A stretch of 64,000 nt of DNA from Escherichia phage vB_EcoP_HC-25922. Within the stretch, counting starts at the first letter, position 1, and each line of letters starts with the position of its first letter. A program made the position numbers and the translations under genes. The stretch is taken from sequence record OQ555404.1; one strand, written 5' to 3'. A model generated the notes under the pieces. The model worked only from the letters and a program-made list of their open reading frames with translations, made no database searches and was not told the DNA's origin. Shown in pieces: positions 1 to 9,471 of the stretch.

Positions 1-59
1 AGCCTTTCATCCCTTCTCAACATGAGTAGAAGAAATACGGGTGGGAAATCACTGGATAG

Positions 60-130
60 ATATACATGGGTAAATAATCAATGTGTAATATCAATGGGTA
101 GGTTAAAAATAGGTAGGTATGCCACTGATA
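60..130. repeat. short direct repeats containing ATGGGTA / AGGTAGGT units
   Basis: Repeated ATGGGTA at about 66 and 94 and AGGTAGG at 101-125 in a non-coding leader. Confidence 0.35.
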
Positions 131-340
131 GCAGGTAGGGCAAGGCTTAGAGCTTAAAGGCTGATTGATTTCCTAAAGGCAATTGCATCGGTAATAACCC
201 TTTTTTAAATGAGGACTCCCCCTTTTTAGGAAACGCGCTCGGAGAGGCTAGGTCCATCCGGTCAAATCAGAATTTTAAACTCTTATATATAACTATATAC
301 CCCAACGTTAGTTGTGGATTTAAGATTAAGGAACAACTTT

Positions 341-505
341 ATGTGGAAATTGAAGATGATTATCAGGCAGATTAAATGTAATCACGAGTACTACCCAATC
401 CGGATATCGAGAGGTGATGAACGGTTACATGCTTATTACAAGAGTACATGGAGGTGTGCAGATTGTGGTAAGGTTAAGAATAGTAAATGGGTGGATAGAC
501 TATAG
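341..505 (+). CDS. small Cys-rich (zinc-ribbon-like) protein
   Basis: ORF with AAGGA RBS about 9 nt upstream of ATG 341; cysteine pairs CNHEY...CADCGK; the longer GTG 314 start lacks an RBS. Confidence 0.35.
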   Translation: MWKLKMIIRQIKCNHEYYPIRISRGDERLHAYYKSTWRCADCGKVKNSKWVDRL

Positions 506-716
506 AGAGTATGGGGTGGCCTTAACATGACTGAAGAAGATTACGGTAGCTTCACCGAAGAGGATTATGAAGTAGAGTGGAGACATGCTCATGGGTATGA
601 GGTGGCCTTTATGGGTATGCCTTTACATCAGCGTACATAGGTTAGTACACGGGTGGGCCTTTAGATGAGTACGCCTTTATGGGTTGATCACTCTCGTTTA
701 TCAGAGGAGAACAAAT
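505..716. repeat. degenerate direct repeat array (GGTGGCCTTTA / ATGGGTATG units)
   Basis: At least five related units at 511-530, 591-627 and 648-690 in a non-coding stretch upstream of the packaging genes. Confidence 0.5.
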
Positions 717-965
717 ATGTTTCTAGACTTTTTATCAGAGGTACTTCCCTACTTCCGCACTGAGAAATGTGCATTTGTATTTGATGAAGGGGAGGAGGTG
801 TTGAGTTGTTTGGGTAGATTAGTAGACCTAGATGACGATGAAGATTTTGATGCTACGATGGATATTAGTTCATTGGGCTGGTTGTACATGAGATGCTTTG
901 TAAGTTACAAGGCTGAAACGTTTAAAGATTATCGCTATAGCGCTGAAGGAGAGAATGATGAATAA
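717..965 (+). CDS. hypothetical acidic protein
   Basis: ORF in frame with track ORF 684..965; AGGAG RBS immediately upstream of ATG 717. Confidence 0.4.
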   Translation: MFLDFLSEVLPYFRTEKCAFVFDEGEEVLSCLGRLVDLDDDEDFDATMDISSLGWLYMRCFVSYKAETFKDYRYSAEGENDE

Positions 966-1614
966 CAATATGACAGGAACTACTACACTGAATGCAATCT
1001 ATGAGAACATGGGATGTAAAGGCGAGGTTGTTTACAATGGCAATCTCCGTCCTTTATCAGAGGACATTTTCTATCTGAATCGTGTTCATGAAACTACTGG
1101 AGGTAAATCCCGAGTTGAGATGGTAAAACAACTGGCTCATGGTTCTGTGTACGGTTATGCTCCTTCAACCCGTGAAATATGGGAAGGTTTGATTCCTCGT
1201 ACAGAAGCTAAAGATGTGAAAGACTATTTCACTGTAGCAAAAGAAGTTAAACGTAAGTGTCCATCCAATTTAGAAGTTGTTCCGTATGTAGCTGACAAAC
1301 ATGCACACCTACCGGACTATGCCCGTGAGATGATTGAGATGATTGAAGAAGCCGAGTATGAAGCTCTGAATAATTATTTAAATTCAAAAGATCAATGGTC
1401 ACGTAATGTAGTAATTGATGAAGAAGGTAATGAAGTAGTTACGTGGGTACATGCTAGTGAACAAGCTCTGGACCCCGAGCTTGAAGAATACAAAAAATTT
1501 TTGGCGTCCTCTTCTTTTGAGGTAGAGAATGACAAATCTATTCCAGTTGGCTGGGAAGGTGAAACTGTAGCTCTCCAGACTTTGTTCAACCTACACGTAG
1601 GTGATGTAGATTAA
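955..1614 (+). CDS. hypothetical protein
   Basis: 219-aa ORF with GGAGAG RBS, followed by a hairpin terminator. Confidence 0.5.
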   Translation: MMNNNMTGTTTLNAIYENMGCKGEVVYNGNLRPLSEDIFYLNRVHETTGGKSRVEMVKQLAHGSVYGYAPSTREIWEGLIPRTEAKDVKDYFTVAKEVKRKCPSNLEVVPYVADKHAHLPDYAREMIEMIEEAEYEALNNYLNSKDQWSRNVVIDEEGNEVVTWVHASEQALDPELEEYKKFLASSSFEVENDKSIPVGWEGETVALQTLFNLHVGDVD

Positions 1615-1625
1615 TAAAAGGCGTT

Positions 1626-1652
1626 GCCTCCTCTCGTGGGAGGCTTTTTGTT
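1626..1652 (+). terminator. intrinsic terminator (GCCTCC hairpin plus T5)
   Basis: Stem gcctcc/ggaggc with short loop followed by ttttt directly after the stop at 1614. Confidence 0.55.
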
Positions 1653-1679
1653 ATAACGATAATGTAGAAGGAGTATAAG

Positions 1680-2147
1680 ATGTTTGGAGAAAAAGGAGAA
1701 CTCACGCCTGCACAGGTAGCTGAGATTACAGGAAGACTGCCCGGAGTAACGGAAGAACTTGAATCCAAGGGCATGGAACCAAGCACAGGGAAGTTCACTA
1801 AAGGTAATAAATTTGGACGTCCCAAAGGTAGTAGAGGTAAATTGACACAGCTCATGCTCGATCGTGTTGCTGCTAGTCATCTGTCTCCCGATGAAGTGTT
1901 GATTCAGATTTATGAAGATCCAAGTATTCCACCCGATCTTAGATTCAAGGCTGCAAGTAAAGTCGCTGATCTGGTATATCCTAAGGCAGCTTCTGTTGAG
2001 GTTAAGATTGAGGAAGAGAATGTAATCAATGAAGAATCACTGAACGCACAGATTCGAGACTTCTTGACTGGTGCACTGAAAGTGGATGTGCTACCTCCAG
2101 AGGACTCTGAGGACGCTGAAAAGGAGGAGGAAGCGGACGAGAGTTAA
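1680..2147 (+). CDS. hypothetical protein, possible terminase small subunit
   Basis: 155-aa ORF with GAAGGAG RBS; basic GRPKGSRGK segment and acidic C-terminus; sits immediately upstream of the large terminase. Position-based inference only. Confidence 0.3.
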   Translation: MFGEKGELTPAQVAEITGRLPGVTEELESKGMEPSTGKFTKGNKFGRPKGSRGKLTQLMLDRVAASHLSPDEVLIQIYEDPSIPPDLRFKAASKVADLVYPKAASVEVKIEEENVINEESLNAQIRDFLTGALKVDVLPPEDSEDAEKEEEADES

Positions 2148-2201
2148 TAGGAATAGAGGGGAGGGTTCTTTTCGCGAGGGATCTCTCCCTTTTTTATTTT
2201 A

Positions 2202-3756
2202 TTGGAGGAATATATGTCATTAGATAAAGAGATTTACGAAGCTCTAACTGGAGATAAATTGAGTGTAGAGGAAAAGAAAGCTTTGCTCAATATGTTAAAA
2301 GAAAGGGACCAGTGGAGAAAATATAATAAGATGTTAGCTTTTAAAGCTTACGACTTTCAGAAGAAATTCTATGCAGCAGGGTTGAAGCATCGCTTCCGAT
2401 TCCTGTGTGCAGCTAACCGCGTTGGTAAATCTTACAGCGAGGCATACGAGTTTGCTTGTCATGTCACAGGTCGCTATCCAACTTGGTGGACAGGTTACAG
2501 ATTTAATCGACCCATATTGGCTTGGGCGGTAGGGATTACAGGGGACTCTACAAGAAAGGTATTGCAAAAGGAATTGTTTGGAACACCTATCGGAAAGGAT
2601 ATGAATCTAATAGGAACAGGTGTTATTCCTCGTGATGCTATCGTATTGGACACGATAGAACGAGATGGGAACAAATTACAGATTGTACAAATTAAGCATC
2701 AAAACGCGAGAGGCGAGTTTGACGGTTTAAGTACATTAGAGTTCCGTTCTACCCAACAGGGTGAACATACATTGATGGGTGCTACAGTTGATTATATTTG
2801 GCTGGACGAAGAAGATCCATATGAATCTATGGCAATCTTCTCTCAGTGCGTAACACGTACACTTACAACTAAAGGTTTAGTTACTATTACAGCTACACCA
2901 GAGAACGGTTTAACAGAGCTGGTGGATAAGTTTATGAAAGGTGAAGGAGATGAGAACACAGGTTCTCTGTATTTCCAGAATGCTTCTTGGTGGGATGCTC
3001 ATGTAGATTTAGGTGGACATATCACTGACCAAGATATTAAAGACATGACTGAAGGTATTCCAACATGGCAGTTAGAGATGCGTTCAAAAGGTATGCCGTT
3101 GCTTGGTTCTGGTTTGATTTATGATGTATCAGATGACATGATTAAGTGTGATCCCTTTGAGATACCTGATACGTGGAAACGTGTTTGTGCTATTGATATT
3201 GGTATTGATCACCCGACAGCCGCTGTTTGGACAGCATATGATGCTAACACTGATACGATTTATGTTTATGACTGCTATAAAGAAGGTGGGTTTACTCCGG
3301 TGTACCATGCACCAGCTATTAATGGTCGTGGTCAGTGGATTCCAGTTATTCTTCCTCACGATGCCGATAATATTGAGAAGGGAAGTGGTTCGTCTGTTGC
3401 TCAATTCTATAAGAATGCAGGGGTTAATGTACAGAGTGATAACCTTCTACAACAAGATTGGAATGGATGGTAAGAAGAACTTCTTTGTAGAGCCGGGAAT
3501 TACTGATATTCGTGAACGTATGATGTCAGGTCGTTTTAAAATCTTTAACATTGCTTCGTGTGCTAAACTCTTTGAAGAGAAAGCTCGCTATCACCGTAAG
3601 GTTGGCAAGATTGTTAAGGAACATGATGACTTGATGGATGCTATGCGATATTCAGCTTGTTCTGTAACACATCGTGGACGTAGTAAGCATGATGCTAGTT
3701 ATGGTAGTTCATCGCTTTATCAAGACAATATTAACAGATGGAATCAGACCTACTAA
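2202..3756 (+). CDS. terminase large subunit; reading frame switches to +1 near 3470
   Basis: Walker A-like AANRVGKS, nuclease-domain motifs CAIDIGIDHPTAAVW and PHDA in frame 0 (2202..3473), then the C-terminal KEHDDLMDAMRY motif only in the +1 frame (to 3756). Confidence 0.75.
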
Positions 3757-3761
3757 AAATA

Positions 3762-3785
3762 GGGGAGGCTTTGTCCTCCCTTTAG
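3762..3785 (+). terminator. hairpin, possible terminator
   Basis: gggagg-ctttgt-cctccc stem-loop followed by ttt. Confidence 0.4.
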
Positions 3786-3821
3786 TAGTTCCTTCCAAGC
3801 TATCACCGAGGGAGAGATTAG

Positions 3822-6065
3822 ATGGCTAAGAAGAAATTTAGTGAAGATGTTTTGGATGAATTACGCGTTGACCTTCAACGTCGATTCAATTATGCTCAAG
3901 GTTATGTAGACTTAGCTGTAAAAGGCTATGCTCGTGAGGCTTGGGAATACTTCTATGGGAACCTTCCTGCTCCAGTTACTGCTGGTAGCTCTAGTTGGGT
4001 AGACCGTACGGTATGGGAATCAGTGAATGGTACGCTCCAAGATATCATTAATGTGTTCTGTTCTGGTGACGAAGCGGTAACTTTCGTAGCCGATAACCAA
4101 GAAGATAGTGATGCTGCTGACGTAGCCACTAAACTTGTCAACCAAATTTTGTTACGTGATAATCCGGGATACAATATTATCTCTTCAGCGGCACAAGAGT
4201 GTCTGGTTACACGTAACTCTTTTATTAAATATTATTGGGATGAACAAACTTCTACCCAAACAGAAGAAGCAGAGGGTGTTCCTCCGGAAGCTTTGGCTGC
4301 ATATGTCCAAGGTTTAGAAGCTGGTGGGCTTCAAGATTTAGAAATCTTTACCACTGACAACGAAGATGGTACAGTGGATGTTAAAGTAACTTACAAACAA
4401 ACAGTAAAACGCGTTAAAGTAGAATATGTTCCTTCAGAACAGATTTTTGTTGACGAACATGCTACCTCTTTTGCAGATGCTCAGTATTTCTGTCATCGCA
4501 CACGTAAATCTAAAGAAGATCTGGTTGCTATGGGCTTCCCTAAAGATGAAATTGAAGCTTTTAATGACTGGACTGATACAATGGACACCACTCAATCTAC
4601 TGTTGCATGGTCACGTACTGACTGGCGTCAGGATATAGATTCAGATATCGGTGTAGACACTGATGATATCGCTTCTATGGTTTGGGTTTACGAGCATTAC
4701 ATCCGTACTGGTGTACTGGATAAGAATAAAGAAGCAAAACTCTATCAAGTTATTCAAGCAGGTGAGCATATTCTCAGTTGTGAAGAAGTAACTAGCATTC
4801 CTTTTGTAACATTCTGCCCTTATCCTATTCCGGGTTCATTCTATGGACAATCTGTTTATGATATCACCAAAGATATTCAGGATTTGCGTACCGCTTTGGT
4901 TCGTGGTTATATCGATAACGTAAACAATGCTAACTATGGTCGTTATAAGGCTCTTGTAGGTGCTTATGACCGTCGTTCTCTACTGGATAACCGTCCGGGT
5001 GGTGTAGTAGAAATGGAGCGTCAGGATGCGATTGATCTCTTCCCTTACCACAATCTACCTCAGGGTATTGATGGCTTACTAGGAATGTCAGATGAGTTGA
5101 AAGAGACTCGTACTGGTGTTACTAAGCTTGGTATGGGCATTAACCCTGATGTGTTTAAGAATGATAACGCATATGCAACTGTTGGATTGATGATGAATGC
5201 TGCTCAGAACCGTCTCCGTATGGTCTGTCGTAACATTGCTCACAACGGTATGGTTGAATTGATGCGTGGTATTTATAATTTAGTCCGAGAAAATGGTGAG
5301 GTTCCTTTACAAGTACAAACCCCTCGTGGTATGGTTCAGGTTCATCCTAAACAACTGCCTGCTCGTCACAATCTACAAGTTGTTGTAGCTATCTCTCCTA
5401 GCGAGAAATCAGAACGTGCCCAGAAACTAATCAGCCTGAAGCAATTGATTGCTGCTGATGCTCAGTTAGCACCTCTGTTTACTCTGGAGCAAGATCGTTA
5501 CATGACTGCACAGATCTTCGAGTTGATGGGAATTAAAGATACTCACAAATACTTAATGCCTCTGGAACAATATCAACCGCCAGAACCTTCTCCGATGGAA
5601 ATCCTCCAGCTTGAGATGACTAAAGCACAGGTTGAGAACGTACAGGCTTCTTCTCAGAAGATGATTGCTGATGCATTCGACCAGCGTGAACGTACTACGT
5701 TTGAACAGCAGAAAGCTGCGGACGAGTTCAGCTTACGTCAAGAAGAACTGCAATTTAAGCAAGAGAATGCTGCTGATCAGATGACTTTGGAGAATCGTAA
5801 AGAAGACAACAGTGCTACACTTGAACAGGCTAAGCACAAGTTGGCTCTGCTCCAGCAACAGGTCCGTCAGTATGAATCTGTACTTAAAGAATTGCAGATG
5901 ACTCTTAATCATCAGGTCGATGTTGAGAAAGTTGCAAATCAGGCTAAAATTCAAGATAAGACTTTGGAACTCCAAAAGAAAGAAGCAAATGAAACTAAGA
6001 AAGAACAGCAAAGTTCAATCAAAGATTCACGGATTCCTAACCGTCGTCTTGGTAGTAGAAAATAA
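3822..6065 (+). CDS. portal protein (putative)
   Basis: 747-aa ORF directly after the terminase with GAGGGAG RBS; size, position and charged coiled-coil C-terminus fit a portal. Confidence 0.55.
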   Translation: MAKKKFSEDVLDELRVDLQRRFNYAQGYVDLAVKGYAREAWEYFYGNLPAPVTAGSSSWVDRTVWESVNGTLQDIINVFCSGDEAVTFVADNQEDSDAADVATKLVNQILLRDNPGYNIISSAAQECLVTRNSFIKYYWDEQTSTQTEEAEGVPPEALAAYVQGLEAGGLQDLEIFTTDNEDGTVDVKVTYKQTVKRVKVEYVPSEQIFVDEHATSFADAQYFCHRTRKSKEDLVAMGFPKDEIEAFNDWTDTMDTTQSTVAWSRTDWRQDIDSDIGVDTDDIASMVWVYEHYIRTGVLDKNKEAKLYQVIQAGEHILSCEEVTSIPFVTFCPYPIPGSFYGQSVYDITKDIQDLRTALVRGYIDNVNNANYGRYKALVGAYDRRSLLDNRPGGVVEMERQDAIDLFPYHNLPQGIDGLLGMSDELKETRTGVTKLGMGINPDVFKNDNAYATVGLMMNAAQNRLRMVCRNIAHNGMVELMRGIYNLVRENGEVPLQVQTPRGMVQVHPKQLPARHNLQVVVAISPSEKSERAQKLISLKQLIAADAQLAPLFTLEQDRYMTAQIFELMGIKDTHKYLMPLEQYQPPEPSPMEILQLEMTKAQVENVQASSQKMIADAFDQRERTTFEQQKAADEFSLRQEELQFKQENAADQMTLENRKEDNSATLEQAKHKLALLQQQVRQYESVLKELQMTLNHQVDVEKVANQAKIQDKTLELQKKEANETKKEQQSSIKDSRIPNRRLGSRK

Positions 6066-6074
6066 GGATACTGA

Positions 6075-6311
6075 ATGAATACAAGACAGCAATTCAATAA
6101 AGAGCACGCCGCCGCTTTGGCGGCTCTCAATCACAACGGCATTCTTGACGCAGCATTAGAGGCATTAAAAGAAACCCTCATGAGAGATATTGTATTAACC
6201 GAGGCTCATGAGAATAAGAAACGCGAAGAGTGTTATCAAAAGTATAAAATGGTTGGTAGCTTAAAAGAGGTCATAAAAGCTGCTATCAATAATGCAGGAG
6301 ATATTTCCTAA
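6075..6311 (+). CDS. hypothetical protein
   Basis: 78-aa ORF between portal and scaffold-like gene. Confidence 0.4.
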   Translation: MNTRQQFNKEHAAALAALNHNGILDAALEALKETLMRDIVLTEAHENKKREECYQKYKMVGSLKEVIKAAINNAGDIS

Positions 6312-7393
6312 TGGCAAATGATTATATTGACCCGAACGATTTTAAATCTTTCCTCCAACTAGACGACTTAAAAGGCTCCTTCAAAGAAGAGCTTAGTCAA
6401 TTAGAATCAGAACGTGAACCAGAAGTGAACATTGATGATGAATTCCCAGAACAGTCTGAGACTTTTGATCTTGATGCTTCCGACCTTCTCGGTGATGACG
6501 ATACGTTAGCGTTCGAAGATGAAGATGGTTGGGAAGATCGTGAAGAGGAAGGCGAAGAAGAAGAGGAAGAGTCTGAGTTCTCTGATGAAGACGATGAAGA
6601 AGATGATTCCGGTGAAGCAGATCACGATGAAGCTGCTAACAGTGATGAAGATGGCGAAGAAGGTGAAGTCTTTGACGTAGATTATGAAACTGTTATCACC
6701 CTTCCTGATGGTCGTGAGATGACTATTGAAGAGTTGTCTAATGGCTATTTGACTGGTGCAGAAATGTCCGAACGTGAGACTACTTTGCAGCGTCATGTTG
6801 AAGCTTTTGAAGAACGTGTTTCTGGCTTGGGTGATGTATTAGAACTAGCTGCCCTAGAAGCAGACCGAGTAATTGAAGATTACAACGGTTTTGATTGGGA
6901 CAAACTCGCACAAGAAGATCCTCAAGCTTATGTAGAAAATAAACGTTTCTTAGAAAAATATACAGCTCGTCGCCAACAGCTTGAACAAGCTCAGCTTAAA
7001 ATCAAGCAAGAAGCACTAGCAAAAGAACAACAGCTCTTCCAAGCTAAATGTACTGAGTGTGTAAGCGTACTTAAACGTGAGATTCCTAATTGGGATGACA
7101 ACTTGTATCAGAACCTGATGCAGTATGCAATCGACTTAGGTGCTACAGAAGAAGAAGTGCTGAAAGAGAACCGTCCGTCAATCTTCCTAGCTCTACACAA
7201 AGCATACCAGTTTGATAAAGGTAAGCAGCAGGTGATGGCTAAGATTAAACGTCCCGGCTCTCCACGCAAGGTTGTGAAGTCCGATGCTTCTAAGTCTCGT
7301 TCTTCCAATACGCCAGACAACGCTAAGGTTGCCAAGGCATTCTCAGAGGGTCGTATTCGTCACGAAGACGCATTTAAGTATCTCGTAGATTAA
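6311..7393 (+). CDS. acidic coiled-coil protein, scaffolding-like
   Basis: 360 aa with extremely D/E-rich N-terminal half and helical C-terminal half; lies between portal and capsid genes. Confidence 0.4.
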   Translation: MANDYIDPNDFKSFLQLDDLKGSFKEELSQLESEREPEVNIDDEFPEQSETFDLDASDLLGDDDTLAFEDEDGWEDREEEGEEEEEESEFSDEDDEEDDSGEADHDEAANSDEDGEEGEVFDVDYETVITLPDGREMTIEELSNGYLTGAEMSERETTLQRHVEAFEERVSGLGDVLELAALEADRVIEDYNGFDWDKLAQEDPQAYVENKRFLEKYTARRQQLEQAQLKIKQEALAKEQQLFQAKCTECVSVLKREIPNWDDNLYQNLMQYAIDLGATEEEVLKENRPSIFLALHKAYQFDKGKQQVMAKIKRPGSPRKVVKSDASKSRSSNTPDNAKVAKAFSEGRIRHEDAFKYLVD

Positions 7394-7433
7394 TCGACAA
7401 ATTTATTTTTAATAGTATAGGAGCTAATATAAC

Positions 7434-8492
7434 ATGGCAAATCCAACTTTATTTGTATCTTACGACCAGAATGGTAAAAAACTTTCTTTTGCTAACTGGA
7501 TTTCTGTCCTGTCTCCGCAAGACACTCCGTTTGTGTCTATGACTGGTAAAGAGTCTATCAATCAGACTATTTTCAGCTGGCAGACCGATGCTCTGGCGAG
7601 CGTAGATGCTAACAACGCCCACGTCGAAGGCTCTCGTGCTGAAGACGGCGAAATGAAACCGACTGTAATTAAGTCCAACGTTACTCAGATCCTGCGTAAA
7701 GTTGTTCGTGTTTCTGATACTGCTAACACCACCGCTAACTACGGTCGTGGTCGTGAACTGATGTATCAGCTGGAGAAGAAAGGTAAAGAGATTAAACGTG
7801 ACCTCGAGAAAATCTTGCTGTCCGGTCAGGCTCGTACCGATATTCTGGCAGACCAGTATCTGACCAACTCTGCAACTGATCCTGCTGTTGTAGGTCAGAA
7901 TGATACCTCAGCTGCTCGTAAGACTGGTGCTTTCCAGTTCCTGTGTGCACACAATGGTGTTGCTGGTGGTGTTGTTAAGAAAGAAGATGGTCCTGCTGAC
8001 CCGGATACTGGTGCAGTAACTGTTAAAGTTGCACAGAATGCTTCTAACCCGACTACTAACATCGGTTTTGATGAAGCTGATATCTTTGATATGACTCTGC
8101 AATTGTATACCGCTGGTTCTGAAGCAGACATCATCATGATTAACCCTGCTCACGCTAGTATTTTTGCTAAGCTTCAGGAAAACTCTGTTGGTTCTCGTCA
8201 GCGTATCTTTGAGAACACCAAACAGTTCATCTATGAAGTTAACAGCATCACTGACCCGCTGGGCCAGAGCTATAAAATCATCGTTAACCGTTGGATGCCT
8301 GCTGATGCAGTTTACTTCTTCCGCAGCTCTGACTGGACTCAGATGGTTCTTCGTGCTCCGAAACGTACTGAACTGGCGAAAGATGGTTCTTACGAGAAAT
8401 GGATGATCGAAATGGAAGTTGGTCTGCGTCACCGCAACCCGTATGCTTCTGGTGTACTGTTCACTGCTGCGGGAAAGGTGGGAGCGGCGTAA
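7434..8492 (+). CDS. major capsid protein
   Basis: 352-aa ORF with AGGAG RBS, strongly biased codon use, position after portal and scaffold, and a slippery site at its 3' end leading into an Ig-like extension. Confidence 0.7.
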   Translation: MANPTLFVSYDQNGKKLSFANWISVLSPQDTPFVSMTGKESINQTIFSWQTDALASVDANNAHVEGSRAEDGEMKPTVIKSNVTQILRKVVRVSDTANTTANYGRGRELMYQLEKKGKEIKRDLEKILLSGQARTDILADQYLTNSATDPAVVGQNDTSAARKTGAFQFLCAHNGVAGGVVKKEDGPADPDTGAVTVKVAQNASNPTTNIGFDEADIFDMTLQLYTAGSEADIIMINPAHASIFAKLQENSVGSRQRIFENTKQFIYEVNSITDPLGQSYKIIVNRWMPADAVYFFRSSDWTQMVLRAPKRTELAKDGSYEKWMIEMEVGLRHRNPYASGVLFTAAGKVGAA

Positions 8493-9271
8493 CAGTAGAT
8501 TCCGTAACTGTTAGTCCTTCGTCGGTTGCAAGCCTTCCGACGGGGGCTACTCAGCAGTTTACAGCTACAGCAGAAATGAGCGACGGCTCCACAAGCACAA
8601 CCGGATTTAATTGGTCCGTTGAGGGCGGTGGGGCTGTTTCTGTTTCTGGGCTATATACTGCACCGAGTACGTCGCAAGAAACCCCAGCAACTATTACGGC
8701 TACTAAAGGTGGTAAGTCAGGTACTGCTACAGTTCTATCTGTTTTTGAACCTGCTACTATTGAAGCCAAAGCTAACATCTCGGGTAAAGTAGGTGGAAGC
8801 ACCACAGCTTTTACTACAATGTTTACAGCAACTAACTCTTCAGCAGAAGATTATTCTTTTGTTGTATCTCCAACGTCAGCAGGAACCGTTAGTGCCGCAG
8901 GAGTTTTAACTTTAAGTAATGATGCAACTGGCACAGTTACTGTTAAAGCAACTCATAAAACTCAGTCAGGTGTTGAAGCCACTATAACCTTTACAGGTGT
9001 TGTTGCTAAAGCAGCTATTACTGGAAAAACCGTCACTGGTAAGGTTGGTAGTGATACTGTTACGTTTGCTGAGTTATTTACAGCAACTAACTCTTCAGCA
9101 GAAGATTACAACTTCGTATCAAGTCCTCCTGAAATGACTTCATCTATCGATGAGAGCACTGGTCTTGTTACCTTGGCTGCTGGCGCTACAGGTGATATCA
9201 CAATTACTGCTACTCACAAAACACAAACGTCTGTGACAGCAACTGCTACGATTACGGTGGTATCAGAGTAA
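8471..9271 (+). CDS. Ig-like (Big_2-type) C-terminal extension of the capsid protein, reached by -1 frameshift
   Basis: -1 frame open from inside the capsid gene; no independent RBS or start; slippery heptamer G_GGA_AAG at 8471-8477; three Ig-like repeats (VTVSPSSVASLPTGATQQFTAT..., two FTATNSSAEDY units). Confidence 0.6.
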   Translation, partial: GKGGSGVTVDSVTVSPSSVASLPTGATQQFTATAEMSDGSTSTTGFNWSVEGGGAVSVSGLYTAPSTSQETPATITATKGGKSGTATVLSVFEPATIEAKANISGKVGGSTTAFTTMFTATNSSAEDYSFVVSPTSAGTVSAAGVLTLSNDATGTVTVKATHKTQSGVEATITFTGVVAKAAITGKTVTGKVGSDTVTFAELFTATNSSAEDYNFVSSPPEMTSSIDESTGLVTLAAGATGDITITATHKTQTSVTATATITVVSE

Positions 9272-9378
9272 CTGTTATTCTACTAGCACTTATTGTCAGT
9301 GCAGGTGTGAAAATTACATTTAGAAAGAGTTCTGGTGTTTTCTGTAATCACTATGTTAAATCTAGTACATAAGAATAA

Positions 9379-9407
9379 AGCTGCCTTCGGGCGGCTTTTC
9401 TTGTTTT
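9379..9407 (+). terminator. intrinsic terminator (UUCG-loop hairpin plus T-run)
   Basis: agctgcc-ttcg-ggcggct hairpin followed by ttttcttgtttt. Confidence 0.6.
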
Positions 9408-9471
9408 AAGACCTATACACGACCGAATGTAATGTATATTCTTTGTCTACATACAACTAGGAGGACAATCT

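Noticed and set aside
2158-2205. Terminator between 1680..2147 and the large terminase
   Set aside because: There is a T-run (cccttttttatttt), but only a weak 5-bp stem can be drawn upstream, so it was not annotated.
3148-3440. 5' part of track ORF 3148..3756 as a separate gene
   Set aside because: Its translation is hydrophobic off-frame-like sequence overlapping conserved terminase nuclease motifs in frame 0; only the last 95 codons (after about 3470) look like real terminase sequence.
7394-7421. Sigma-70-like promoter TCGACA-N16-TATAGG upstream of the capsid gene
   Set aside because: The -10-like hexamer overlaps the capsid RBS, so a transcript from it would lack the ribosome-binding site.
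8399-8470. Independent start for the Ig-like ORF at ATG 8399
   Set aside because: This segment lies wholly inside the capsid gene in another frame, has no RBS, and its translation (MDDRNGSWSASPQPVCFWCTVHCC) looks like off-frame sequence; the Ig-like region is better explained as a frameshift extension.
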